In this document: in pieces, positions 36,927 to 46,720 of the stretch
Layout of the letters: each line of letters opens with the position of its first letter
How positions within the stretch are numbered: the first letter of the stretch is position 1
Source: Clostridia bacterium
Lineage (GTDB): Bacteria > Bacillota > Clostridia > Oscillospirales > Acutalibacteraceae
NCBI GenBank assembly: GCA_017513195.1
Contig: JAFXGM010000013.1
Coordinates: 39,416 to 103,415 of the forward strand
Direction of reading: 5' to 3'
Length of the DNA stretch: 64,000 nt
Translations under genes and position numbers: made by a program
Notes under the pieces: generated by a model
The model's input: the letters and a program-made list of their open reading frames with translations, nothing else
Database searches by the model: none
Told to the model about the DNA's origin: nothing

Positions 36927-38126
36927 TTAAAGTGATTCTACAATAGCCTTTGTATCGCGTGCGATCTTTAGCTCTTCGTTAGTAGGAATAATGTAAACGT
37001 TTACCTTACTGTCATCGGTAGAAATCTTAATTTCTTCGCCGTGAACGCGGTTAGCCTCGGCATTAAGCTTTACGCCCAAGTAACCAAGATTTTCACAAAT
37101 ATATTCACGAAGCTCTTCGTCATTTTCACCGATACCGCCTGTAAATACGATGGTGTCAACACCGTTCATAGCAGCAATGTAAGAACCAACGAATTTAAGG
37201 ATTTGATAACGTTGCATATCTATAGCAAGCTTAGCACGTTCGTTGCCGCCCTTTGCAGCAGCATCTACGTCACGGTTATCGTTAGATACGCCTGAAATAC
37301 CAAGTACACCCGACTTTTTGTTGCAGATAGAGTCGATATCGGCAAATGTAAGACCCTCTTTTTCTGCAATGTATGTAAGAGCTGATGGATCAAGTGTTCC
37401 GCTACGGGTACCCATCATAAAGCCATCAAGTGGAGTAAAGCCCATTGTGGTATCTACACAAACGCCGTTTTTAATAGCGCTGATTGAACAGCCGTTACCA
37501 AGGTGGCAAGTAATAATCTTAAGGTCTTTCTTATCCTTGCCTTCAAGGTCAGCCGCACGGTCGCTTACAAAGCTGTGAGATGTGCCGTGGAAGCCGTACT
37601 TACGAACACGGTATTTGTCGTAATACTCATAAGGCAATGCATACATATAAGCCATTGCAGGCATTGTTTGATGGAAGGATGTATCAAACACACCAACCTG
37701 AGGAATCTTGTCGCCAAAGGTCTTGGTGCAAGCCTCGATACCCAAAATGTTTGCAGGGTTGTGAAGCGGTGCCATAACGCTGCACTCGCGTACCTTTGCA
37801 ATCATTTCGTCGGTAATAAGAGCCGATTTGTTAAACTCTTCAGCGCCGTGAACAACACGGTGACCTATAGCGCTAACCTCGTCAAGAGAATCGATAACCT
37901 TTGCTTCAGACTTTGTCATAGCGTAAACTACTGCTTCGAAAGCCTCACTGTGAGTAGGCATAGCAGTTTCTGCCTTATAAACTCTACCGTCAGCAGCCTT
38001 GTGTGTAATAGCGCCGGTAACGCCTATACGCTCACAAAGACCTTTTGCCAGAACCTGCTCATTGTCCATATCAATAAGCTGATATTTAAGTGATGAGCTA
38101 CCTGCGTTTACTACAAATACTTTCAT
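36927..38126 (-). CDS. ackA: Acetate kinase
   Basis: 399 aa. MKVFVVNAGSSSLKYQL and GFHGTSH signatures. Confidence 0.95.
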   Translation of the reverse strand: MKVFVVNAGSSSLKYQLIDMDNEQVLAKGLCERIGVTGAITHKAADGRVYKAETAMPTHSEAFEAVVYAMTKSEAKVIDSLDEVSAIGHRVVHGAEEFNKSALITDEMIAKVRECSVMAPLHNPANILGIEACTKTFGDKIPQVGVFDTSFHQTMPAMAYMYALPYEYYDKYRVRKYGFHGTSHSFVSDRAADLEGKDKKDLKIITCHLGNGCSISAIKNGVCVDTTMGFTPLDGFMMGTRSGTLDPSALTYIAEKEGLTFADIDSICNKKSGVLGISGVSNDNRDVDAAAKGGNERAKLAIDMQRYQILKFVGSYIAAMNGVDTIVFTGGIGENDEELREYICENLGYLGVKLNAEANRVHGEEIKISTDDSKVNVYIIPTNEELKIARDTKAIVESL

Positions 38127-38259
38127 TTCAATTGCTCCTTAAAATAAATATTGAAAGATAATTTTTTATATGGTAAAATATTGCCATAAAACATATATTA
38201 AATATTTTACTTGATAAAGATTCAATTTTCAAGTGTTTTTGTAAAAAGAGGTGATTTTT

Positions 38260-39435
38260 TTGTCGGCTGTCGGTATTATTGCAGAATTTAACCCCCTGCA
38301 CACAGGGCATAAAAGGCTAATTGACTACGCCAAAACACTTGATGATAATGTTGCTTGCGTTATAAGCGGTAACTTTGTTCAGCGCGGTGACGTAGCAATA
38401 ATCAGCAAACAACAGCGGGCAAAATTTGCGCTTCTTTGCGGTGTTGATATAGTTGCCGAGCTTCCTGTTCTTTGGAGTATGTCCACCGCACAAAACTTTG
38501 CACTTGGCGGCGTGTGGCAACTATATAATCTTGGTTGTCGAAAAATAGTTTTTGGCAGTGAATGCGGTGATATTGACGCGCTTATAAATGCCGCTGACGT
38601 GCTTAACAGTGACGGTTTTTTTGAAAAGGTATCCGAAAAGGCAAAATCGGGCGTTACCTTTGCGGTAGCCCGCGAAAATGCAGCACAGGAAATGGGGGTT
38701 GATTTTACCCTGCTTCGCGGCGCTAACAACAACCTTGGCATTGAATATATTTTAGCCGCTAAAAAATTAAATTTGCCAATAGAATTTCAAACCATAAAGC
38801 GTATTGGTGCAGGTCACAATTCAAATGAGATTGACGACGGATTTGTTTCATCGTCCTTTATAAGAGAAGAGCTGTTAAAAAGTAACATCGGTTATACCGA
38901 ACGATTTATGCCCCGCGAGATAAGAGGAATTATAAACCCCGAGCATATAGCAGATATAAAACGCCTCGAAAATGCAATTTTATGTAGTTTGCGCACCAAA
39001 TCGGCAAATGATTTAAAAAATCTGCCCGATATAAGCGAGGGACTAGAAAATAAAATTTATTTTTCGGCACGTGTTGCCACAAGTCTTGATGAGCTTTATA
39101 ATATGATTAAAACCAAACGCTATACAATGGCTCGCATCAGACGGTTGGTGCTTTCGGCATTTTTAGCGCTTGATAACCGGTTTTTTATGACTCCCCCACC
39201 CTATGTGCGTGTGCTGGGCTTTAACAGCAATGGGCTTGAGCATCTTAAAATGCCACAGGGTATAATACCGGTTATTACCCGAGCGTTGCAAATAAAAAAT
39301 TTAGACGATGATGCAATTAAAGTATTCGAAACCGAATGTCGAGCTACCGATATATATAACCTTGCACTCGGCGTACCACTCGAATGCGGCAGTGAACAAA
39401 AAATGAAACTTTTAAAAACGGAGGAACTTTTATGA
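38260..39435 (+). CDS. tmcAL: tRNA(Met) cytidine acetate ligase (YlbM/UPF0348 nucleotidyltransferase)
   Basis: GIIAEFNPLHTGHKRLIDYAK N-terminus (HxGH nucleotidyltransferase motif). TTG 38260 lies 6 nt after SD AAGAGGTGA; the GTG at 38251 is the alternative start. Confidence 0.8.
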   Translation: MSAVGIIAEFNPLHTGHKRLIDYAKTLDDNVACVISGNFVQRGDVAIISKQQRAKFALLCGVDIVAELPVLWSMSTAQNFALGGVWQLYNLGCRKIVFGSECGDIDALINAADVLNSDGFFEKVSEKAKSGVTFAVARENAAQEMGVDFTLLRGANNNLGIEYILAAKKLNLPIEFQTIKRIGAGHNSNEIDDGFVSSSFIREELLKSNIGYTERFMPREIRGIINPEHIADIKRLENAILCSLRTKSANDLKNLPDISEGLENKIYFSARVATSLDELYNMIKTKRYTMARIRRLVLSAFLALDNRFFMTPPPYVRVLGFNSNGLEHLKMPQGIIPVITRALQIKNLDDDAIKVFETECRATDIYNLALGVPLECGSEQKMKLLKTEELL

Positions 39436-40361
39436 TTAAGACCGAAATCAAAGATTATCTAAACTATGGTAAAGTTTTAGCAATTACCAACGGTGTTATT
39501 GAAGTGTATGTTACCGTTGATGTTGGGCCACGCATTATTCGATATGGATTTGTAGGCGGTCAAAACCTTATGTGTGATAACCGTAATGCCGCAACCCCTA
39601 AGTGCGACGCAGAGTTTGAAGACTTTTTTGGCAAGGGCAAAAAATGGGAAATTTTAGGCGGCCACCGAATTTGGACCTCGCCCGAAAGCTACCCAAACAG
39701 TTATTACCCTGACCTTAACCCCGTAAAATACGAAATTACCGAGCAGGGCGCCATATTTACACCAAATGCCGAAACAGAAAACGGTATGCAAAAGCAGCTT
39801 GAAATAAAAATAGACCCCGACGACAGCAATATATATGTTACTATGAGCGTTACAAATATTGCAAATAAACCACAAGAATTTTCTGTTTGGGGACTTACTG
39901 TATCTGCTACCGGTGGTACACTCATTGTGCCTATGAACGATAACGACACAGGGCTTCTTGCCAACCGCAACATCTCGGTTTGGCCCTACACAAATCTTGC
40001 AGACGATAGGTTGCATTTTGGCAAATCTTACGTTACACTCCGTCAAGATACAAATGTTGACCAGGCTCTAAAGCTTGGTTTTGACCTAAACCAAGCAGAA
40101 GCCTATTATTGCCTTGGCGAAGATATTTTCCGCAAGTCTTATAATACCTATCACCCACGCGAAAAATACCCCGACAATAACTGTAGCTTTGAAACATATA
40201 CCTGTGCTACCTTTATTGAGGTGGAATCGCTTAGTCCGCTAAAAATCGTTCAGCCGCAAGAAACGCTATCACTTACAGAGCATTGGTCACTTCATAAAAA
40301 ACCGTGTAGCGTAGATTTTAATGACGACAAATCAATAGATAACCTAATTTCAAAGCTTTGA
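39432..40361 (+). CDS. Hypothetical protein, DUF4380/aldose-epimerase-like beta-sandwich (tentative)
   Basis: 309 aa. VDVGPRIIRYGF...GGHRIWTSPE resembles DUF4380-type proteins as I recall them. Its ATG overlaps the tmcAL stop (ATGA). Confidence 0.5.
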   Translation: MIKTEIKDYLNYGKVLAITNGVIEVYVTVDVGPRIIRYGFVGGQNLMCDNRNAATPKCDAEFEDFFGKGKKWEILGGHRIWTSPESYPNSYYPDLNPVKYEITEQGAIFTPNAETENGMQKQLEIKIDPDDSNIYVTMSVTNIANKPQEFSVWGLTVSATGGTLIVPMNDNDTGLLANRNISVWPYTNLADDRLHFGKSYVTLRQDTNVDQALKLGFDLNQAEAYYCLGEDIFRKSYNTYHPREKYPDNNCSFETYTCATFIEVESLSPLKIVQPQETLSLTEHWSLHKKPCSVDFNDDKSIDNLISKL

Positions 40362-40369
40362 GGTGTAAA

Positions 40370-41965
40370 ATGAAACCATCTTTTCTTGATATAATTAGAA
40401 CTCCTGACAACGTTAAAATACAAACCGAAAATTCCCCCTTCCGTTTTGAAGAAAAAGGCACTGCAAACGATACTCGCGCCGAGGTTAAATTCACCGCTGA
40501 AAACGGAATTTTAAAAATATATCTTTATTCAAACGGCGACGCTGTAAAACGAATTCGTTTGCGTTGGAACGGTGATATTTCAGGTGTACTTTCACTTCTT
40601 GGCGATTCTTTTGTACGAAGCCAGACCGACGACGTTTTGTGGCATGCATTTTTGCCACACTACGAAATGCCTTGGTATTTTTATACCAACGATGGCGAGT
40701 GTCTGCACGGCTATGGTGTAAAAACAGGCTGCAACAGTTTTGCCAGCTGGTATGCCGACCCTTATGGCATTACTTTGATACTCGACGTACGAAACGGAGC
40801 AGGCGGTATTGTTTGTGACGAGCTTTTGTGCGCTGAGGTAGTTTGCCGCAAGGGTAACTCAAATGAAGATAAATACACAGCCGCGCACCAATTTTGCAAA
40901 ACAATGTGTGACAAACCCAATTTACCCTCTACTGCCATTTATGGACTTAACAACTGGTATTGGGCTTACGGCGCCATTGAAGAAAAGGTTGTACTCGAGG
41001 AAGCCGAGTATCTGGGCAAGCTTACAAAAGGCTTTAAAAATCGCCCCTTTATGACCATAGACGACGGCTGGCAGGTAGCGCACGCAAAGGGTAAATTTAA
41101 CGGTGGGCCTTGGCATCTTACCAACGAAAACTTTGCTTCTATGCAAAAGACTGCCGAAAAAATACACTCGCTCGACTGTCGTGCCGGTATTTGGATTCGT
41201 CTACTACTTACAATGTCACACGTGCCGCAAGAGGCCGTATATGATAGCCCTTACAAACCAAACGGCATTGTGCTGGACCCAACGCACGAATTTTCCAAGC
41301 AAAAAATTACCGAAGACGTTAAGCGCTTGTCAGATTGGGGCTTTGATATGATAAAGCACGACTTTTCATTCTTTGATTTGTTTGGCGCTACAATATCAGA
41401 CAATATGCCACCTCATTTTTATGACAAGACAAAAACCAACGCACAAATTGTGCGCGAGTTTTACAAGCTTGTACAATCGGCTGCCGGCAATACTCTCGTT
41501 ATGGGCTGTAACACCGTAAATCATTTAGCGGCAGGCATTCACCAAATACAGCGAAGTGGTAACGATACAAGCGGCAGACATTTTGAGTTTACACGCCGTT
41601 TTGGTGTTCACTCTATGATGCGCGCACCGCAAAACAACGCATTTTTCAAGACCGACCCTGACTGCGCGGCGTTTACCGAAAAGGTATCAATGCCTCTTAA
41701 CCTTGACTTTTTGGAAATGGCGGCAATTACCGGTAGTGCTACATTTGCATCGGTTACGCCGGGCATATTAAACCCACAAGAAGAAAAACGCTTGCAAGAA
41801 ATTTTTGCAATTGCCGATAGTATTAAGTATACGGACTACGCTACCATTACCGACTGGACACACACTGCAGTACCTTGTGAATTCAATTACAAAGGCACAC
41901 CATATAAGTATAATTGGTACAAGGACTATGACGGCGCTCGCCACTTTGTGTCATGGATGGAATAA
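40370..41965 (+). CDS. Alpha-galactosidase-like glycoside hydrolase (clan GH-D: GH27/GH36-type TIM barrel)
   Basis: MTIDDGWQ, FDMIKHDF (KxD nucleophile context) and RSGNDTS (acid/base context). ATG 40370 follows SD GAGGTG. Confidence 0.65.
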   Translation: MKPSFLDIIRTPDNVKIQTENSPFRFEEKGTANDTRAEVKFTAENGILKIYLYSNGDAVKRIRLRWNGDISGVLSLLGDSFVRSQTDDVLWHAFLPHYEMPWYFYTNDGECLHGYGVKTGCNSFASWYADPYGITLILDVRNGAGGIVCDELLCAEVVCRKGNSNEDKYTAAHQFCKTMCDKPNLPSTAIYGLNNWYWAYGAIEEKVVLEEAEYLGKLTKGFKNRPFMTIDDGWQVAHAKGKFNGGPWHLTNENFASMQKTAEKIHSLDCRAGIWIRLLLTMSHVPQEAVYDSPYKPNGIVLDPTHEFSKQKITEDVKRLSDWGFDMIKHDFSFFDLFGATISDNMPPHFYDKTKTNAQIVREFYKLVQSAAGNTLVMGCNTVNHLAAGIHQIQRSGNDTSGRHFEFTRRFGVHSMMRAPQNNAFFKTDPDCAAFTEKVSMPLNLDFLEMAAITGSATFASVTPGILNPQEEKRLQEIFAIADSIKYTDYATITDWTHTAVPCEFNYKGTPYKYNWYKDYDGARHFVSWME

Positions 41966-41980
41966 CCAAATAATATACCA

Positions 41981-42013
41981 AAATCCCTCTGCTTTTGTAG
42001 AGGGATTTTTATT
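41981..42013 (+). terminator. Intrinsic terminator after the alpha-galactosidase-like gene
   Basis: AAATCCCTCT-gcttttgt-AGAGGGATTT followed by a T-run. Confidence 0.8.
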
Positions 42014-42085
42014 TAACTTAACAATAGATTTTTAAGTTTTGGTATGCTATAATACTGTGGCTAAATTTTTAAGGGGATGAATATA

Positions 42086-43360
42086 ATGGGTTTTTATTTA
42101 AAACCAAAGTTTTTCGAAGTCATTAAAGGCTACACAAAAAATCAACTAACAAAAGATATTCTTGCAGGTGTCATAGTAGCAATAATCGCATTGCCGCTTT
42201 CAATAGCGTTGGCACTCGCTTCAGGTGTGGATCCTGTTTGTGGTGTTTATACCGCCATTTTTGCAGGCTTTATTGCGGCGTTACTTGGCGGAAGCACCGT
42301 ACAAATAGCGGGCCCAACCGCAGCGTTTGCAACCGTTGTTGCAGGTATTGTTGCAACAAAAGGTATGTCCGGTCTTATTGTAGCTACTCTTATGGCAGGT
42401 ATTATTTTGATACTTATGGGTGTGCTTAAACTCGGTTCACTCATTAAATACGTACCAAAAACTATAACTGTTGGCTTTACCGCGGGTATTGCAGTTACCA
42501 TATTTTTAGGTCAAATAAAAGACTTTTTAGGTATTACTTATATTGACGGTGCAAAACCAATTGAGGCGATTGAAAAGGTTGAAGCCAATATACATAATAT
42601 TTCCACATTTAACTGGCAATCTTTAGCTATAGGTGCTATTTGCCTTGCAATTCTTATTATCTATCCAAAATTCGAAAAACGTGTTCCCCCCTCTTTGATT
42701 GTAGTTATCGTGGGTGCGTTGCTTGTAAATCTTGTGCCAATATTCAACGATGGTACATACACTATCAGCGAGCTTTATACCATACCCCAAGGCTTTCCAA
42801 AATTTACATTAGGTGATATAAACATCGACCTTGATACTATTGTTTCACTTATTCCAAACGCATTTACCATAGCAATTTTAGCCGGCATTGAATCACTACT
42901 ATCTTGTGTTGTTGCTGACGGTATGGTAAACACCAAGCACAACCCAAATTCCGAGCTTGTAGCACAGGGCCTTGGCAATATGGCATCTGTCGCTTTTGGT
43001 GGTATTCCTGCTACAGGAGCTATAGCACGTACCGCCGCTAATATTAAAAACGGTGGCAGAACACCAATTTCCGGTATGGTGCATTCGGTTGTACTATTAC
43101 TCGTAGTATTATTCCTTATACCATACGCCTCTCTTATACCGATGCCTACCATCGCGGCAATATTATTTATTGTTGCTTATAATATGAGTGAATGGCGCAG
43201 CTTCTTAAAGATTGTTAAAACTAAAGTTTTTACCGATATTTTAGTTATGGTACTTACCTTTGTTCTAACGGTTGTATTTGACCTTGTAGTTGCTATTTGT
43301 ATAGGCCTTGCCCTTCATTTTGCAATAGTTCTTATAAAGAGACTTGGAAAGAAGGCATAA
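42086..43360 (+). CDS. SulP-family anion transporter, membrane domain only (no STAS domain)
   Basis: DILAGVIVAIIALPLSIALALASGV is the SulP N-terminal signature. The protein ends right after the last TM segments. ATG 42086 is preferred over 42077. Confidence 0.8.
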   Translation: MGFYLKPKFFEVIKGYTKNQLTKDILAGVIVAIIALPLSIALALASGVDPVCGVYTAIFAGFIAALLGGSTVQIAGPTAAFATVVAGIVATKGMSGLIVATLMAGIILILMGVLKLGSLIKYVPKTITVGFTAGIAVTIFLGQIKDFLGITYIDGAKPIEAIEKVEANIHNISTFNWQSLAIGAICLAILIIYPKFEKRVPPSLIVVIVGALLVNLVPIFNDGTYTISELYTIPQGFPKFTLGDINIDLDTIVSLIPNAFTIAILAGIESLLSCVVADGMVNTKHNPNSELVAQGLGNMASVAFGGIPATGAIARTAANIKNGGRTPISGMVHSVVLLLVVLFLIPYASLIPMPTIAAILFIVAYNMSEWRSFLKIVKTKVFTDILVMVLTFVLTVVFDLVVAICIGLALHFAIVLIKRLGKKA

Positions 43361-43361
43361 T

Positions 43362-44540
43362 TTGAAAATACTGAAAAATTACACAATAACAATATTACTT
43401 AGTATTATTATCGGTGCTTTGTGTGGTCTTATAGGTTCCTTTTTTTCGAAATCGGTAGGTTTTGTAACCGACCTTCGAATCCAAAACAACTGGCTTTTAT
43501 ATCTACTACCAATCGGCGGTTTGCTTTCGGTTGGAATTTACAAGTTGTGCCGTGTTAAAAGCATTGGCACTACAAACGTTTTTGACTGCGTTCGCACCGA
43601 ACAAAACCTGCCTCCGCTTTTGGCTGTTGCGATTTTTTTGGGCACTTGCATATCGCATTTATTTGGTGCATCATCAGGACGCGAAGGCGCGGCACTGCAA
43701 ATAGGCGGCGGTGTAGCCAACACATTTAGCCGATTATTTAAACTTTGCGACGAAACACGTCATCAGCTTATTATGTGTGGTATGGCAGCACTGTTTTCAG
43801 CCGTTTTTGGTACCCCGCTTGCCGCTTGTATTTTTGTGCTTGAGGTTATATGGACAAAGCTTTGTTTTAAAGCGGCTGTACCGGTATTATTTTCAAGTAT
43901 TAGCGCATATATTATAGCGCAGCTTTTGGGCGTTCATCCCGAAAGGTTTAATATGGGTAATTTGCCGCAGTTTTCACTAACACTCGTTTGGAAAATTGCA
44001 GTAATAATAGCAGCCGGCATTTTGGCAGCACTTGTTTTTTGTAAGGGCTTAGACCTTGGCAAGGAACTTGCCAAAAAGATATTTAATAACGAATTTTTGC
44101 GAATAGCTATAGGCGGTCTTGCAATAATTGCACTTACTTTACTTGTAGGAAACCGCGATTATAATGGTGGCGGCATCGATATAATCGAGCAAGCTTTTGG
44201 CGGTGTAGTTAAATACGAAGCTTTCGCCCTTAAAATAATCTTTACAATAATTTGTGTTGCGTGCGGCTATAAGGGCGGAGAAATTATACCAACGCTCTTT
44301 ATTGGTGCAACACTTGGTGGTTCGTTAGCACTCGCATTAGGATTGCCTATACCCGTCGGTGCAGCCATTGGTATGGCAGTGCTGTTTGTTTGCGCAACAA
44401 AATGCCCGATTGCTACCATACTTTTATGCTGCGAAATGTTTGGTTTTGGTTGTATAACTATTATCGCTCCGGCAGTATTATTAAGTTTTCTAATTGCGCG
44501 CTATAAAGGTCTTTACAAAAACGCCCCTTATATGTTATAA
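43362..44540 (+). CDS. ClC-family voltage-gated chloride channel/antiporter homologue (no CBS domains)
   Basis: GSSGREGAALQIG and GTPLAA selectivity-filter-like motifs, and GGEIIPTLFIGA. TTG 43362 follows SD GAAGG by 6 nt; the TTG at 43344 is the alternative start. Confidence 0.75.
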   Translation: MKILKNYTITILLSIIIGALCGLIGSFFSKSVGFVTDLRIQNNWLLYLLPIGGLLSVGIYKLCRVKSIGTTNVFDCVRTEQNLPPLLAVAIFLGTCISHLFGASSGREGAALQIGGGVANTFSRLFKLCDETRHQLIMCGMAALFSAVFGTPLAACIFVLEVIWTKLCFKAAVPVLFSSISAYIIAQLLGVHPERFNMGNLPQFSLTLVWKIAVIIAAGILAALVFCKGLDLGKELAKKIFNNEFLRIAIGGLAIIALTLLVGNRDYNGGGIDIIEQAFGGVVKYEAFALKIIFTIICVACGYKGGEIIPTLFIGATLGGSLALALGLPIPVGAAIGMAVLFVCATKCPIATILLCCEMFGFGCITIIAPAVLLSFLIARYKGLYKNAPYML

Positions 44541-44583
44541 TCGTTGTCAGTTGATACTGGAAATATCTTTACGAGGTGAAAAA

Positions 44584-44715
44584 ATGAAAAAATTGCTAAC
44601 TTTATTTTTAGTTTTAATGCTTTGTTTTTCTCTTGTCGCTTGTGATGAAAAAGAGGAATTCAACGGCTCACCCGATGATATTCCTAATGCACCTTTAAAT
44701 AGTGCCAGACTTTAA
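44584..44715 (+). CDS. 43-aa putative mini-lipoprotein
   Basis: MKKLLTLFLVLMLCFSLVAC/DEKEEF... with lipobox LVAC. ATG 44584 follows SD GAGGTGA. The track ORF 44494-44715 is an upstream over-extension. Confidence 0.5.
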   Translation: MKKLLTLFLVLMLCFSLVACDEKEEFNGSPDDIPNAPLNSARL

Positions 44716-44725
44716 TATTATAAAA

Positions 44726-44759
44726 TAAAAACGGACGAGAAATTCTCGTCCGTTCTTTT
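44726..44759. terminator. Bidirectional intrinsic terminator
   Basis: ACGGACGAG-aaatt-CTCGTCCGT with flanking A and T runs. Confidence 0.8.
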
Positions 44760-44761
44760 AT

Positions 44762-46243
44762 TTATCTCTTTACTATAATCGAAAAATCGACATAACCATT
44801 ATCTTCACTAATTTCTACGTTTTCAAGCGAAGATATGTGTGATATATTTGTTGTTTGGAATGCCACCGGCAATATTCTATGTTTTGCAAGCACTTCCTCT
44901 TGCAATGCATCCGGCAAATCGGCATTACTTATTCCTGCAAAGTTTTTTGCATACTCGTCAAAGCTGTCACTTTTTGTTGTTATTGGAAACAACGCAAAAT
45001 CCAACGAGCCTTCTTTTATCTCGTTTTGCATAACCGTAAGGTTACCGGATGGCTCAATATTTATAAATGTGCTAAAATTTTGTTGCCAATGACCAACGAT
45101 TGATGTTGCAAGCCCTTTAACCCCCACTTCATCATAATAATATAAGGTTGATAACGGGAATTTTTTATCTTGCATTTTAACAATTTCTTCTGACATAATG
45201 GCCTTTGCCCCGTTTATATCATACTGTGTAATTCCTATACCGTCAGCGTTTATATTAAGTATTTGGGGATATATTGATTTGGCAGCGCTAAATCCATTTG
45301 GCAACGATTTTTCATATACATCACTCGAAAACGCAAGAGCAAAAGCGCGGCGTACTTGGTCAGAATAGTTTTTGCCTATTGTCATAACCCAGCATATGTT
45401 TTGTACATTTGTGCTTTTTAAATCGGATTTTTCAATATTATCTAATTCCGAACTATTAACAAACGCCATATCACTTTGCCCTTCAGTAAGGCGGGCGAAC
45501 TGTGTTTCGTCATCTACGCAGCTTATAAAAACTGCAGCATTTTGAGCGTCAAAAACACCTTTATACTCCTCATTTTTATAAAGTCTTATACCAAAATCCT
45601 CTTTATTCCATTTAGTAAGGCGATAACTTCCGTTAGAAATGATATTTTCTGCGTCAAGACCATATTTACCTATGCTATCTTCAAAAAACTTTTCATTACA
45701 GGGCATACAAATTGAGGTTGTAAGTGTTTTTAAAAAGTTTTTATCTTCTTGGCAAAGCGTAATCGTAAGTGTGTTGTCATCTATTGCTTTTACACCAAGA
45801 GTTGACACGTCGGCATTACCGCTTGATATCGCTTCAGCATTTACAATGCTAAATAAACGGCTGGCAAACGGTGCCTTAATTTTGGGGTTAACCGCACGTC
45901 GAAGGCCACACTCAAAATCATAGGCAGTTACCTTATCGCCGTTACTCCAAACAGCGTCATCCTTTAAAGTAAACGTATATGTAAGATTTTCGTAAGAATA
46001 GCTTTCGCTAATGCCGCCTATTATCTTTCCGTCGGCTGTTTCGCGCATTAAGCCCTCATATATATTGCGAACAATAAGCAGCTCGCTATCACTTTGTGCA
46101 GTTTGAGGATCAAGCGTTTGAGGCTTTTCCAACAACTCAAAGTAAATGATAGCGTCCATATATTTTTCTCCGCAACCCGATATACAGCAAAGTAGCATTA
46201 CAAGGCATATCGTCACAGATAATATTTTCCTAAAAATCGACAT
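44762..46243 (-). CDS. ABC-transporter substrate-binding lipoprotein, family 5 (oligopeptide/OppA-like), orphan
   Basis: Lipobox ISGCG, and LDPQTAQSDSELLIVRNIYEGL is typical of SBP family 5. ATG 46243 follows SD AGGTGA. No permease or ATPase genes are adjacent. Confidence 0.75.
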   Translation of the reverse strand: MSIFRKILSVTICLVMLLCCISGCGEKYMDAIIYFELLEKPQTLDPQTAQSDSELLIVRNIYEGLMRETADGKIIGGISESYSYENLTYTFTLKDDAVWSNGDKVTAYDFECGLRRAVNPKIKAPFASRLFSIVNAEAISSGNADVSTLGVKAIDDNTLTITLCQEDKNFLKTLTTSICMPCNEKFFEDSIGKYGLDAENIISNGSYRLTKWNKEDFGIRLYKNEEYKGVFDAQNAAVFISCVDDETQFARLTEGQSDMAFVNSSELDNIEKSDLKSTNVQNICWVMTIGKNYSDQVRRAFALAFSSDVYEKSLPNGFSAAKSIYPQILNINADGIGITQYDINGAKAIMSEEIVKMQDKKFPLSTLYYYDEVGVKGLATSIVGHWQQNFSTFINIEPSGNLTVMQNEIKEGSLDFALFPITTKSDSFDEYAKNFAGISNADLPDALQEEVLAKHRILPVAFQTTNISHISSLENVEISEDNGYVDFSIIVKR

Positions 46244-46397
46244 TAAAATCACCTGTATATATTATATATTGTACACTAATTTTTTGCAATCAATATTTTA
46301 TTTAAAACTGTAAAGAAAAAAACTTGACAGACGTACTTTGTTGTGTTATAATCATTCTTGCTGTAAAGCAAAAAACTTTACAAGGAGTGCTTTTGAT

Positions 46398-46703
46398 ATG
46401 GCAAAAGATTTAAGCATTAGCGCGCTTCTTGATTTTTACGGTCCTTTTTTAAGTGAAAAGCAACGTAATTTATTACACCATTATTACAACGAGGATTTAT
46501 CGCTTAGCGAAATCGCCGAAAATGAACAAATCACCCGTCAGGGTGTGCGTGACCTTATAAAGCGTGGCGAATTGCAGCTTAAAAAATATGAGGACGAATG
46601 TGGTTGGTGCCAAAACGTTTTGGCATTACAGTCGGTAATTGATAGTGATAAACCCGATAGCGAAAAGCTTGACAAAATAAAGGATATATTAAACGAATTT
46701 TAA
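46398..46703 (+). CDS. ylxM: YlxM/UPF0122 putative DNA-binding protein
   Basis: LLDFYGPFLSEKQRNLLHHYYNEDLSLSEIAE...ITRQGVRDLIKR, plus the conserved position upstream of ffh. Confidence 0.85.
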   Translation: MAKDLSISALLDFYGPFLSEKQRNLLHHYYNEDLSLSEIAENEQITRQGVRDLIKRGELQLKKYEDECGWCQNVLALQSVIDSDKPDSEKLDKIKDILNEF

Positions 46704-46720
46704 ATCGGAGGTGAACCATC

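Noticed and set aside
44762-46243. Orphan OppA-like substrate-binding lipoprotein without adjacent permease or ATPase genes, considered as a possible sensor or quorum-peptide receptor.
   Set aside because: Orphan family-5 SBPs are common in Firmicutes, and nothing in the sequence or flanks (no small peptide gene, no regulator) supports a special role.
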